Both the position numbers and the translations under genes were made by a program. From the human T2T-CHM13v2.0 reference genome, Homo sapiens, in NCBI RefSeq assembly GCF_009914755.1, contig NC_060925.1: DNA of 64,000 nt; one strand, written 5' to 3'. The notes beneath the pieces were generated by a model that searched no databases, was not told the DNA's origin, and was given only the letters and a program-made list of their open reading frames with translations. Positions 13,916 to 26,689 of the stretch are shown here, piece by piece. Positions within the stretch are counted from its first letter, which is position 1. Each line of letters starts with the position of its first letter.

Positions 13916-15692
13916 TTTTAGATTACTGTTAGTAATGTTGTTTTTGTCTTATCCAATGAATATACCCACATTGGCACACTCTTTCTGTCATCGAATTTGG
14001 AGGTGTCTGGGCACTGGAAAGCACATGGGGGGTATGTGTGTGTCTAAAGTGTGCGTGTGTATACATGCATTCATTTGTTTTCTGAGGCACACGGTCTGCT
14101 GCTGGCCCTGTGACAGGTGATCAGAGCAATGTGGACATGGCAAGCCTGGGCAAACTCACTCTTCCCATTTCACCCTGCCTGCAAACAGAGTTAACATCCT
14201 CAAGGTAAAGCTCTGAAATCCCACGCTGACCTTTTCGTGAAGCATTATAATCAAGTTGAACATTTCCAGTTTTACCACAAATGCTTGCCCCGTGGGAAAA
14301 TACTTCCCTACATTTTATGACAATTGATTCTGATTTTGAGGAACTAATTTGTATTGAATGCAAAATGTCCAGCCTCACATGGAAACTGGAAAGTCCCCTT
14401 GTCCAGACAGGTCCAAAACTGTGTTTTTATTGTAAAGACAGGGGAAACAATGAAAGATTGTGTTTTTTGTTTTAGAAAATCCTTCCTTCATTGTTCTGCA
14501 TACTTCTGTATTTTATTTTTTTTAACAGTCCTGTGGGTTTAATGACCACAGGCAATTTTGTGGATATCTGGGGCTCATGGGAAACTTCACCATGTCTGGA
14601 TTCTAAGCTCTTAGATGCCAGAGCCTACTGGATCTTTTACTATATGTGAAGTCACCCGTACTGCCAAGGATCCTGATGTGAACATGCTGACCCCTTTGAG
14701 AGATTCTTGGAAATATGACTGACATTTTCTACTGTGCAATGAAAGTCAGCATTTCCCTCCCCACATTATAGTTCTGGCCACAAAGGAAACAATGCCCCTA
14801 GAACTCTCTGATGTATCTGAGAACCCTGGAGGCTTCTGACTTCATTTGGAAGAAGTCATGGAAACAAAAGCTGCTACTTCTCAGGCTAACATCTGCTGAC
14901 ATAAACAGAAGCCCCTCAAGGATACCTTCTGCCAGTGACCAAACCGGGGGCTCAAGTGAAGAAATATTATCATTAGACCTGCCTCCAGGTCTAGCTAATG
15001 TCTTATTCAGTATGAATAGCAGTGGCGTTTGGGCAGGGAGGTGATGAGATGCCTATTAAGGTAACAGAGGTGTCCAATGGAACATTGCTTGTTTAGCCTT
15101 ATGACCTCTGTCCAAGGGAGGGCTTCCTCTGTACTGGAACTGTGGTTGACTTAGGGTTTCTGCGGTTTCCTTCCTGAGGTATATTTACAGTGACTGTGCC
15201 TTCATTGCAGCAAATTTTAGGTTCATCCTCTTGAGCAGGGGGAAGGAGCCTCTCTCTTCAGAAGCATGTCAGGATATCTTTGGTAGGCATCATGTTCTGT
15301 TTACTTGAACCAGTGAGAAGATGGCCGAGCAAGCAAGGATAAGTGTACGTGTCTATAAAGGTTTCTTCTAATCCTGCGAGTCTGTAAGCATTCTAGGGTT
15401 CATCGGAAACTGTCTACTCCCATTTCTGGAATTTGCCTCTTGGCATCATCATGCAGGGGGCTTTTTCTAGTCATGCTTTGTGGTGGAAAGGTCAGCTGAG
15501 CACGGAGGAACAGGGGACTCACTGCTTTTCTCCCCTTTGGGCCCTTGAGCAGGCATTTGACTGCTGCATATGAACCTGGGAGCCATGGGGTCTTAAGGCT
15601 TTCTACTTGATTCTCAGTGTGGCCAGAATTCTATTTAGGGCACTGCTCCAAATCTCGGTGACACTCCATCTGTAAAATTGGGTGGCAGTGTA

Positions 15693-15714
15693 GTGTGTGT
15701 GTGTGTGTGTGTGT
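15693..15714. repeat. (GT)11
   Basis: Read directly. Confidence 0.95.
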
Positions 15715-16104
15715 ATTTTCTTATACAGGACTGGAAGAGAATGGAGGAAGAAGGATAATGACTTAAAAGCGAAAACAATTGAATTCTTTGAGCTACAGTG
15801 CTGTGTCCTGAGAGTGCAGTTATTTTCCACTGCAGTAATGCTTTCAAAAACATTTATCTAGCCTCTCTCACTTTCTCATTTGCTGTCATTGGTGTGAAAA
15901 ATCGAGTTACCAGAAGGTTCACCCATGTTCCACAGGTATGAATACTGAACGTTTTATTTAGTGTCTCATTAACAGCTGGCCTGTGGCTCCTCCTTCTCGG
16001 CTTGACTCTGCCCTGTCCAGGGAAATGGGGAATCACGCTTAAGGATTAGCAGGGTGCCTATTTTCACTTACAGTGCTTCATTCCTGTGTTCATGTTACCT
16101 ATTC

Positions 16105-16240
16105 CCTTTACAAAATATGAATGAGTATCTTTTTGTGACAGGCTATATTCTAGGCACTGAGGATCCAACAGTGGACAGAACACACAAAGTTCTTACCTTC
16201 ATGGAGCTTCCATTTTAGTGAAAGAAATAGAAAATAAATA
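16105..16240 (-). mobile_element. L2a 3'-end fragment
   Basis: 'tattctaggcactgaggatccaacagtggacagaacacacaaagttcttaccttcatggagcttccattttagtg'. Confidence 0.8.
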
Positions 16241-17949
16241 TGACATGATATAAAATGATACACTATCCTATATACTACTAACATCTTTTAAACCCAGTTT
16301 TATATCTTACCCCCTGACCGACTCTTTACAGGTCCTGGCTCCTGGGCAAATGGTGCCCTGTCTGTCTATGCCTGGCTGTCACTGATTATAGATATCTTCA
16401 GGGCCTAAGCTCATGCTCTGCAACCATTTTCTGTTACAGAATCTTCTTGCTGCTCATTGAAGCCTTAATCTCTTATGCTGCGATCAATGGGTGGGCACCT
16501 TTCCCATTTGGATCCTCATTTTTTAATCCCTGCTGCCTCCCTCAATGTCATCTGGTTCCATTTTTCTTTATAGACTTTCAGGTCTACTGTACCTGCTGAT
16601 TACTTAGTGGAGAGTGCTGGACATCTCCCTTAATTAATTCCATCGATTTGAAATCCCACAAGGTTTGGGGTCTTTAGATTTCTGAAGCAGCTAAATGGAA
16701 TGTCTAAATTCCAACCTTTTCCTTCTACAAATTGTTTTGCCACAAAGTTACTGGGAGAAAGTGCTGTGGTTTTATTTATTTGAAGAAGTATATTAATCCA
16801 CAGAAGACTCTGCGTGCCTAACTGGGCTTTTTGTATACAAAATGGAAGAAAAAAAGATGTTTGGATCTCTCTCCCTCTCCTCCTCTCTCTTCCCCTCCTC
16901 TTCCACTGACCATCAAGATTCTGTTCCTCATTCTTTTCTTTGTTTTGGTCATTTTTCTTCTTTGTCACTTACTTTCATGATGCTTATCCAACTAAGACCA
17001 TGCCTTAGCAACCAGTGATTTCTTGAACCCTTTGAAGAAGGGTATGAACTTCACAAAGGGTGCAGAAGGCACTGCTCAGGACTCCTTTTTGAAGAGCAAC
17101 TGCCCAGGGTGATTTCCAAGAGGATTCTTCCAAACCTTATAGCCGTGATCTTGTTGAGTTATACATGTATGATTTTTTAGTACTCCCTGTTAACAGTAAG
17201 CATGGAATTTCTGGGGGAGAGTCATCAGATGTATCTTAGGGTCATATGGTTTGCAGAAATGGTGAACTTTCTATACAGAGGTTCAGAAATCAGCATGGAA
17301 AGGAGCTTTAGAGATTAGGAGCTCAATGCTCTCATTTTATAAATGCGAGGATGGTGTAAGGGAACTTGTACTGATTGAGCACCTATCATGTACCAGATTG
17401 TACATGTACCCAGATTGGGCATTATGCATCTGTCACCCCCAAATAGTGAAGTAATATACTGGACATATTGGACACTCCTACTAAAACCCAATCCCTTTCC
17501 TGGCACCAGACTACTGCTTCTTAAACCAAGAAGCCAAAGAGAGGGAAGAGAGGCACAGTGCAGAGGAGTTTCTTGGGCTAACTCTTTAGAGGCTTATGCT
17601 CCACTCTACCTGCTAAGCTGTCAGCAGTTGTGAACCCTTCCCAGAAGCTGGCAGTCTCGCAAACACTGGGAGGTGGCCAGACTGGATGTGCTTGGAGCAT
17701 TGGCAGTCATCAAAGAATTAATGTTGGACGAGCAGGGGTGGCGGGCATATGAAAGGGGTTGCAGGGAGAGATAGATAGATGAATATACAAACCCTCAGTC
17801 ATGCCATCTGACCATCTGAGGTTGTGTGCATGGTGGAAGGCCAAGAAACACATTCAGAGAAGGGGCGTGGACTTGTCTAAAAGGACGTTTTCCTTTCTGC
17901 CTGGGCCAGCCAGGCGGCAGAGCCCTGCACTGCCTGCGACTGAGGAAGA

Positions 17950-18150
17950 CTCTGTTGCTATGCGCCGGAAGCTTAATTTTATTATTGCTCTCCCCTATTT
18001 AATGTCTGTCTCTCAGGCAGCTGGTGATGTTTTAATGAAGCTGGAATTGTATAGTCTGTAGCGCTGGATAATCATAAGCTGCCGAGTCAGAATCAAATTA
18101 ATAATTCATGAAATTAAAGTGTATAATTAATTTGAACTGTGCAGATGAGA
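17950..18150. promoter_or_regulatory. Candidate homeodomain-rich enhancer
   Basis: Repeat-free with dense TAAT/ATTA cores ('caaattaataattcatgaaattaaagtgtataattaatttg') and E-boxes CAGCTG and CAGATG. Confidence 0.45.
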
Positions 18151-18628
18151 AGAAGGGCCAGAGCCCACAGCCTGGAAGGAGCTGAAGTGTGGGGAGTGTT
18201 TACTGAACTCAGCTTCTATTTCCAAATAATATAATCTGCATGTGGGTTAGGGGTAGTCTGTGGGTCTACCTGAACACGTATGCTTACCAGAAACAAGGTT
18301 CTTTCAACTAAAACCTGGAATGACTTTCTTAGAAGTTCAAAAGCATTTTAATTGATTTTGATTTACCCTTCCCTGGCCCCAAAAGAATGTTGTTTGAACA
18401 GAAAATGTGATACTGGGTTACAAGTCTTTGTTGCATGGAGGTCCTGCAGAACGTGCCATCAGAACCGTTGCTTCTGCAGTTCAAAAGGTCGTAAGTCAAA
18501 TCCAAACATTCAGGAACTCTACTGAGCTTCCAGGCCCATGGATTTCTCACCCGTAAGTGCTCTTTCTCTTTCTCCCTCTCTCATATATGTATGTCATACA
18601 AACAGAAAATACAAATGACTTCTCTAGC

Positions 18629-18856
18629 CAGGCTTCCCTTGGCCACTCTTTTGGCTTCCCTGGGCCACAATGGAAGAAGATGAATTGTCTTGTGCCACAT
18701 ATAAAAATACACTAACACTAACAATAGCTGATGAGGTAAAAGAAAATCACAAAAAAATCTTATAATGGTTTAAGAAAGTTTGTAAGTTTGTGTTGGGCCA
18801 CATTCAAAGCTGGTCTGGGCCGCATGTGGCTCATGGGCCACAGTTGGACAAGCTTG
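18629..18856 (+). mobile_element. MER30 (hAT-Charlie MITE), near full length
   Basis: 'tcttttggcttccctgggccaca..aaaatacactaacactaacaatagctgatgag..ttggacaagcttg'. Flanks contain TCTAG hAT-type target sequence. Confidence 0.9.
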
Positions 18857-21800
18857 CGTCTAGACAGTGTTAATGATATGTTTCATGTCTAATATCTTAT
18901 TTTTCTTCACAGATGCCCATTGCAATAGCTGCAGATTTTTTTTTTTTTTTTTTAGTGCCCATTCTAGTAGCAACAAAATGAGGGGAAAGCAACTCAAGTG
19001 CCTCATTAAAATGGGGAATGGTCTGCAATTTCTAAACCACTCTTCCTTTCTTGTATTCCTCTTTCAGGCAAATATGCAGCATTCATCTTTGTTGCCTCTC
19101 CAGGTGTGAGAGGCAGTGTAACATCCAGGCTGTTTACATAACTTGCGGAGTGTTTTACAATGTACTCTGCAGACAATTGCTCGGATCCCTTTATTGTCTT
19201 TTTAAAGATGCCTATACAGGTGGGTCCTTTTTCGGTTTTTGAATGATGGATGCTGTGGTATCATAGGAAAAAGAGGAATCTCTGGGTTAGCTTTTCATTA
19301 GAAAATCCTTGTCATGTTTAAGCTCCTAAGCAGGCAGCTTGAACCCCCCACCCTCTTCCTGCATCCAGTAGACTTGCAGGGAATGAGAAGGCAAAACCAG
19401 CATCTGTGATTGTCCATTCTTCTTTGTCAGGCCTTTCAGAGTTCCTGTTCTAGAGGGACAAATGACTGGAGGCCATGATACAGACTAATGGTGCATAAGC
19501 CCCCAAAGGTTTGGATTGAATTGAGGCTCAGCTGACTTCACATTTTTAGGTCTTCAGTATGTTTATTTGTCCCTCACATAGCGGCTTGATCTGTCTGCCT
19601 GTGTGTTCACATAGTTAACCAGAAACGCTAGGAGGAAGTTGTACCAGTGGGATACCTCCTTAGGATTCAAGGGCCTCCCGTGTAACCATGTTCTGCACAT
19701 CAGCTCTCTTTGCTCCTCTCTTGATCTGCGTGCTTCCCCTAACTTGCTTCTGCTTGCATGGCCTTATCTTCTCTAACGCCTTTCTGCTTCCGTACAAGTT
19801 TCAGCCACTGGTGGTTTGCCAAACTGGCTGATTACCCATAAACACACAACATGGTTCTGTTTTGCTCCTAGCAATCCTTAAACCATTGCATGTCTAACAT
19901 TCTCAGACTAATTCACAAATCAGAAACATCTGATGCCCAACCCATACCAAATGCATTTCAGGGCAAAAATTATGCTCCTATAATGTCTGGCTTCCTGTCT
20001 TCAAGGCACTTTGCTTACATGACTGAATCCTCACTGTGAGGTGTAGCTATCCATCATTTTTGAGCAAGAAAGCCAAGATGGATAAATAAGTGACTTTCCC
20101 AAGACAACTAGAGTGGTTGGCACCATGATGGGATTGGTTGTCTTATTTTTCAGTTGGTACATGGAGTCTTCGATGACCCCAGGATTTGGAAATGAAATTT
20201 AACCACCTTAGAGCTTCTGGAATTTTCTTCTCTTGTGTTCAACTGAAAGTTTCTGACTGCCCTGGGTGAATTAGATGTTATCTTACTGGAAAAGTGTTAT
20301 ACTGCCTGGTTTCTTCTATAACCATTTTAACCTTAAAAGCTTAATCTGTTTTTAACAAAATTAAAAATAATTTGTAGCTATAGTGGAATGATCAGAGTTT
20401 GTGCCCAGTGTTTACCTGTGAGCATTTTCTTTTTGCATACAAACGTTTTGGTCAACCCACGGTTGCCTCCTCCAGGAACAGAATCTTTTGATTCAAATAC
20501 ATTGATTAAAATTTACAGAGACTATGGTCTTTCCCTGCCATGGGTTTAGTGTAGAGAAAATGGGACAGGATGAGGATGATGATTCCTAAGTCTACTTGTA
20601 CATTACTTGAATAGCTAGACAATGACCCTGCTGGCCCAGTTATTTTAGCCATGCAAACAGTGATTAGCAAAGATTGCCACGTGATCTGTTTACTCAATCA
20701 TGTGGCATTCAGCCATAAATATGGCTGGAACCAATGAATTAACCAAAACATCCTGGTCACATCTGGGATATAAATAGATTCATGCTAAAGCCACATCAGG
20801 GAATTTTATAAAATTGTAAGCATAGCCACTTACCACATTGAATTAGCACTACGCTTGACATCTATTGAGTATAAAATAGAGGTCTATGGAGTATAAAATG
20901 GTCTTTAGAAAGTCTTCTGGGAAGATAAGTATTTCCTATAACCTATAATGACAAAATAATGTTTTACTAGTAAAAGCAGCTCTGTACCTCACACTGTGAA
21001 ACAATTTTACAGTTCTTCAAAAAAGAGTTCTTCAAGCACATCTAGGGGATCTAGAGGCCCGTCTGGAACATCGAGGTTCCAGAGGCACTTCTAGGCGAAA
21101 TGGCATTGTCAGAATCCCTTCATGTGGAGGCAGAATTGGGGCTCAGCTTTTGTCTTAGTGCTGTTTTTACCCCCAAGAGATTCACTTATGCTTCCATAAT
21201 GCAGGAAGAAACCTTCGCTTTGGTTTTCTGTGTTCCCTCAGCTACTATTTTTGATCACTTCATTTTGGTGAGATGCTTGAGCAGTGCAATATGGTGTTAC
21301 GGTTTTGCTGGAGCTCAACACCAAGCTTTGTCTTTTATTAAGTTACACACCCCTAGGGATGAAGATGTTGACCCTTTAGCATCTCCTGAGTTATTGCATT
21401 CACCCCTTGGCATGCTCATAATGAACATGTAATGAAATTCAGTAATTAACTTACTTAATTTATGTATTCATTTAATGTGTGCCCTTAATATCTGCCTTAT
21501 GATCTAAGAAAATCTCTACAATTCTGTTGTTTTTGATTGTAAGATTCTAGAAGACAGGGATTATGCCTAAGTAGTTCTATTTACCATTCACTGTGTCACA
21601 TTAATAAAACTAAATCAGGTTATAATTCAGAGGAATGTAATTCTTATACAGGAGATTTTAACAGTTTGTAAGTACTAACATAGTTTAGAAAGTTCTGTAA
21701 TTTGGAGCAGAGTGCTATAGTTCTTTGGGGTATGTCTTCTCTTTTGCCTCATCCACTTGCCAGGTAGCAGTGGCTTTTTATTCTTAAGTCTTAGAGATGC

Positions 21801-22246
21801 ATTTAGAGTTACATACAGACATATGGTGGAAAGGGGTCTTGAGTTGATTTGGGGCAAAAGGCAACCGTCCCCATGCACTAGAGATGAATCATGCCTACCT
21901 CCCTTTGTCATGGGAAGTGGCGGCCACTGCCACATCTGCTATGAGGCTCTTCGCCATCGTTGGCTGCTGGAAATTTGGATACAGGTAAATGGTATATAAG
22001 GCTTCTTTTTGCTTGTGCACCAGAAGTCTTTGTCCCAGCCTCCAGATCAGCAGTCAGTACTCCCCTCTCCCAACCTGTAGGAAGTACTTGTGAAAAGTTA
22101 TCTATCCCTGGTCTGAGTGGGAGGTTCTTAACCTCATTGATGTTTTAGTGTGACTTGTCTACATTTGTGTGCTCCCTTCGTCATCTGCAGAGGATATGAG
22201 AAAAGAAACAAATGAACAAAAAGTGGAGATAGCGCCTTCCTATTCA

Positions 22247-22593
<347 letters not shown>

Positions 22594-23759
22594 AATAGAT
22601 TGGTGAACCATTTTAGGCCTTGCTTCTTGGAGAAGTGAGCAAGAAGCCCACAAGTGTTGAAAAGGTTCTGCACAAATGTGCTCCCATTTCCTGTGCAAAC
22701 CAATAATTTGCTTGTTTTCCAAAAGGATAGAAGTAATTCATAATTTTCAGAAATTATTTATTATCATTATAACATTTCCCCACAGGCAGCAGATAGCCCA
22801 TTATTCAGAATTATAATGTATTTTGATTTAGACAAGGCCAGAATAATGAAATTGGAAGAAATGCAGAAAATATGGGCATTAATGTTAACTAAACATACTT
22901 CATTCAACAGAAGGAGGGAAGCTTTCTCAGCCAAAGAATTATTTTCCCAAAAATGCGTATATAAAAATTTTTTTATTCAGGGCCTCTGGTTTTTAACTTT
23001 ATAACACCGGTTGAGTAATTTTTAACTGCAGGATGCATCTCTTTCCCGATATTCTCCCCACCCACCGCAACGTATTTCAGTTTAAATGGCCTGTTATTTT
23101 TCTTCATAGAGCTGTGTCTCTGCATGGGTGAGAACTACAAAACCAGTCAGGAGGAATTTGATACGCCAAGTGGGCCAGCTCATTATAACTTCTAGGAAAC
23201 CACAAGATAATTGTAGGGTTACTGCTGGTAGGCTCCTCAGCATTGTGTTAGGCGTTTATACTCTTCTCTGTTCAACTTGCAATAGCCACTTCTCTTTTCA
23301 GTACATTTTGTAGGACATCTGAATAAAGGTGGTTGACAAGCATTTTCAAGCAGAATTTTCAAGGCAGCATCCAGGAATACTTGGTAACTAACCTCAGAGG
23401 TTTAAAAAAGTAAAAAATAAAAATATGTGGTTGAATTCTTACAGTGAGTAGGAAATTAATCTTAGACTGCCTGCATCAAATTGAGCCTCTTTATTGATAT
23501 GAAGTGAGTTTTCCCTAAATGATAACCTATTGAGAGATCTGCTCACTATGAAATGGACAGATTCTGCTTACTGAATTACCTTCTGCTATTTATCCTTGTG
23601 CTTCTTTTTTTCCTTCCTTTTTTTCCTTATCTTTATCATCCAAAAACATTTTGTAAGAATTTATTTATGCAAATTAACACAAACTTTTAATATGGATATC
23701 AAGATTTCAAAGATGTTGTGTAAATATATATATATACATAATATAGACATATACATACA

Positions 23760-24030
23760 TGTAACTAATAGGAAGCACTTATTTGGCATTTACTACAGGT
23801 ATATGCTTTGTTCTATTCTCAACATGTTTCAGGCAGTTTATTTAACCTTTTGAAAGAAGTAGATATGGTAGGTATATTATTATCTCTCTTTTACAGTTAA
23901 GAAGAACCTGAGTCCTAGAGAGGTTAGGCAACTTGCTGAAGGTCACACAGCTTATAAGTGGCATATTTAATCAACCTAGGCAGGCAGTCTGACTCAAAAG
24001 TCTGTGCTTTTGATCAGTACACTGTACTGC
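23760..24030 (-). mobile_element. MIR
   Basis: 'ttttacagttaagaa..ctgagtcctagagaggttaggcaacttgctgaaggtcacacagct..cagtctgactcaaaagtctgtgct'. Confidence 0.8.
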
Positions 24031-24089
24031 TTCTCAGTATAAGTATAATAAGCAAAAGACAGATAATAAAAATCATTATAACAATAATT

Positions 24090-24280
24090 AATATAAGTAA
24101 ATATTACTGAATATTTCCTATGCATCAGGCACTGTGGCAAGCATTGTACATTCGTTGTCTCATTTAATCTTCCCAATAATTTGATGATGTTGATTCCATT
24201 TTATCCCACTTCAAATATTTAGAAACAGACTTAGTTTCTAAACCTGCCCCAGTGTTATATAGCTGGTAAACAGCAGAGCC
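24090..24280 (-). mobile_element. MIR
   Basis: 'tactgaatatttcctatgcatcaggcactgtggcaagcattgtaca..tctcatttaatctt'. Confidence 0.75.
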
Positions 24281-24375
24281 ATTTATTGTTGGGGTAAACC
24301 CTGGAGGGCTTCAGGATATCTGAAGGCCACCATAAATCACTGTGAGAGTAGCAGAAGGCAATGGAAGTTAGGGAT

Positions 24376-24525
24376 GGCAGGTGGATCAGCTGGTTAGAGC
24401 ATGGAGTTAGTGAATCCACTTCTTGTCAATTAGTTCTGCCCTATTCCAAGAATACAGCCATCAACAGTTAGTCCCAGAGTTGGTGGCATTGTTGGGGAAA
24501 GAGATTGCAATAGACTGGTGCAGAT
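24376..24525 (+). mobile_element. Ancient tRNA-derived SINE fragment (MamSINE1-like)
   Basis: Head 'ggcaggtggatcagctggttagagcatggagttagtga' resembles the 5' half of tRNA-Ile (A box); B-box region missing; downstream 'gtcaattagttctgccctattcca'. Confidence 0.5.
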
Positions 24526-25619
24526 CAGTTACCTGAAGCTCCTGCCTTATCTGTGGCCTGGTGATGCTGCTGTGTGCCCAGAAGCCAGTCATATGGATGT
24601 CTTGACCTGTCCAGCACACACCTCAGTAGTAGGAGATATGGGTCTTTGGAATGCTTTATGTGTGATGAGGATGAAACAGTTAAGTGCTACTTTCTCATCC
24701 TCGGCCTTATGACATTAGTTAGTTGGGTAAGATTTTGCAGGGAGGTATTCCCTCCTCTACCCTTTCGTCACAAGCCCCTCTCATTCCTCTGAAAAGGTTC
24801 CATACTCCAGTCCCTACCCTCAAAGAAAGATTTTACTAAGCAAAAGTATCTATGGCTCTCTCTGTTCTCCTTGCTTTAGCTAGCACAGCTAAACTGGGAT
24901 CTCACCAGTCTGACAGGGCAACCTCCAAGATTCACAACCCAGGAAAAGTACTGCTTTGCGTAAGTTTAATCAAGACCAGAGCAGAGACAGGACACAAAGT
25001 CAAAAGAACTCAGTCAGCTCTGTCCCCTTGGTGCTAAAGAAGCAACTAGAATAATTATTCTTTTACAGTATTTTGCCATATTTTTTGTCTTTTTAAGATT
25101 TGCCATCACCCATCTGTAGATGGTGGCATTTTGGGTAGTTTTTATTTTTATCACTATATTTTACTGCATGTTTACATTTTCTTTCATGTGCATGTGTTTT
25201 GTTGTTTAATGTGCAAAAACATAATGCATAGAGGGGTAGCATTCATCAGAATAAGGTCAGAAAAATGGAGGACTCCAGTGTTTTTTGCGATTGCTTTCCG
25301 TGTTTATGTGTGTGTGTGTGTATGGGCGCACGCGCATGCATGCATGTGCACACTTGTATCTGTGTTTCTGACATATGGGCAACAGGTCTACTGCAGGCTG
25401 GACTCCCTCTCTGTAGGCTCTAGGGACTTCTCCATAAGAGGATGACCTACTTGACCTATTTTTGCAAGTATCTTTTGCCATTTTCCTACCCTCTGCTTCC
25501 CTACTCCCATCAGACATGTTAATGGCTCATATCATCTTCTCCTTTCATCAGCCAAAAAAAAAAAAAAAACTCTCTTGGCTTCTCTTCTGATTTCAGCCTG
25601 TCACTTGATGAGGTCCCTG

Positions 25620-26050
25620 CTATTTATATTTTTGTTTGTTAGAAGGGAGCGGGGGAAACATAAATAAAGCCCGGGCAAACCCAACCACCCTGCTGGATAT
25701 GAAGGGACTCCCTCATATTGTGGCAGCAGGGCTGCCTAACTGGTATTTAAGCAGGGACCAAGAGGTCCACACTGTGAATGCCGTTGAAAGGGTTACTGGG
25801 AAATGCAAACAAAAACAACATGCAAATGAGGCTGCCAGCAACAGGTAGACTTAATCAGATGCTGTCAGATGAATTCAGCATCTCCCCGATTGTCGCCTCT
25901 CTTTGCCTCCCATTCGAAAGCCCTCATCTGCTCCAGATGTGGTTTAATTTACTGCGACTTGGCTAATTACTGTAATTAAGGATTAATTACTGTTAATTAC
26001 TTTCACATAAACTCAACGCCAGTCAAAGAGCAGAGCCTTATGAAGTCTGC
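25620..26050. promoter_or_regulatory. Candidate enhancer: four E-boxes plus four phased TAATTA
   Basis: CAGATG 25856, 25866, 25934; CATCTG 25925; TAATTA at 25964, 25973, 25984, 25994. Confidence 0.55.
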
Positions 26051-26689
26051 CACAGAAGTGAGCATGAGCTCGGCGGCCTGTGTGAGCTCTGCAGGTCTCT
26101 ATGTATCGCCTGGGCCCCTGCTGCCACGAAGCTTCCTGACCTTCCAGCATCACCAGTGGGATGGGAGTTCAAAGGTGGGAGAGGGGTCAGTGCTCAGGCC
26201 CTCATAGTGCGTCAACTACCAGGCACTTTCCTACACAGTGGGCAGCCAGAAGAACAGGGACAATGTTGGGGAGAGGGCCCGGACAACCTGGACAGTGATG
26301 CACGAAGCACCAGCCTTTCCCAGCAAGTGTGGAAGCCAGTCTTTTATTCTTTCTCTGGTGCTACACTGTTGGCTTTGTGAGCTAGTGAAGCCAACATTCT
26401 GTGTTGGTGCTGAGGTATGGGAGATGTTCACCACAGGTAATTGGAACAGAAATAAACTTCTCTTTTTAAAACATGGTCTTATTTTTGAAGTAAGGAATTG
26501 ATAAAAGGATGGTTACTCATACTGCGTGTACCTAATTCTACAAATATGAGGATTAGTGCCACCCCAAATACCTGTTCCCCAACTTCACATGGATTCTCAG
26601 TTTTGCCAGTTAATGTTTTCACTTTTTCTAGAGAAATTAGTGACTGTAGGACTATTAAAAATGTTCCCCTTTCCTTAATTCTTGAAATC

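Noticed and set aside
20713-20724. SRF CArG box
   Set aside because: CC-W8-GG rather than CC-W6-GG.
21051-21094. Imperfect hairpin ctagag..tctggaac/gttccaga..ttctag
   Set aside because: Only an 8-bp perfect stem; expected by chance.
24376-24450. tRNA gene
   Set aside because: Only a degenerate 5' half; no T-arm, B box or acceptor stem.
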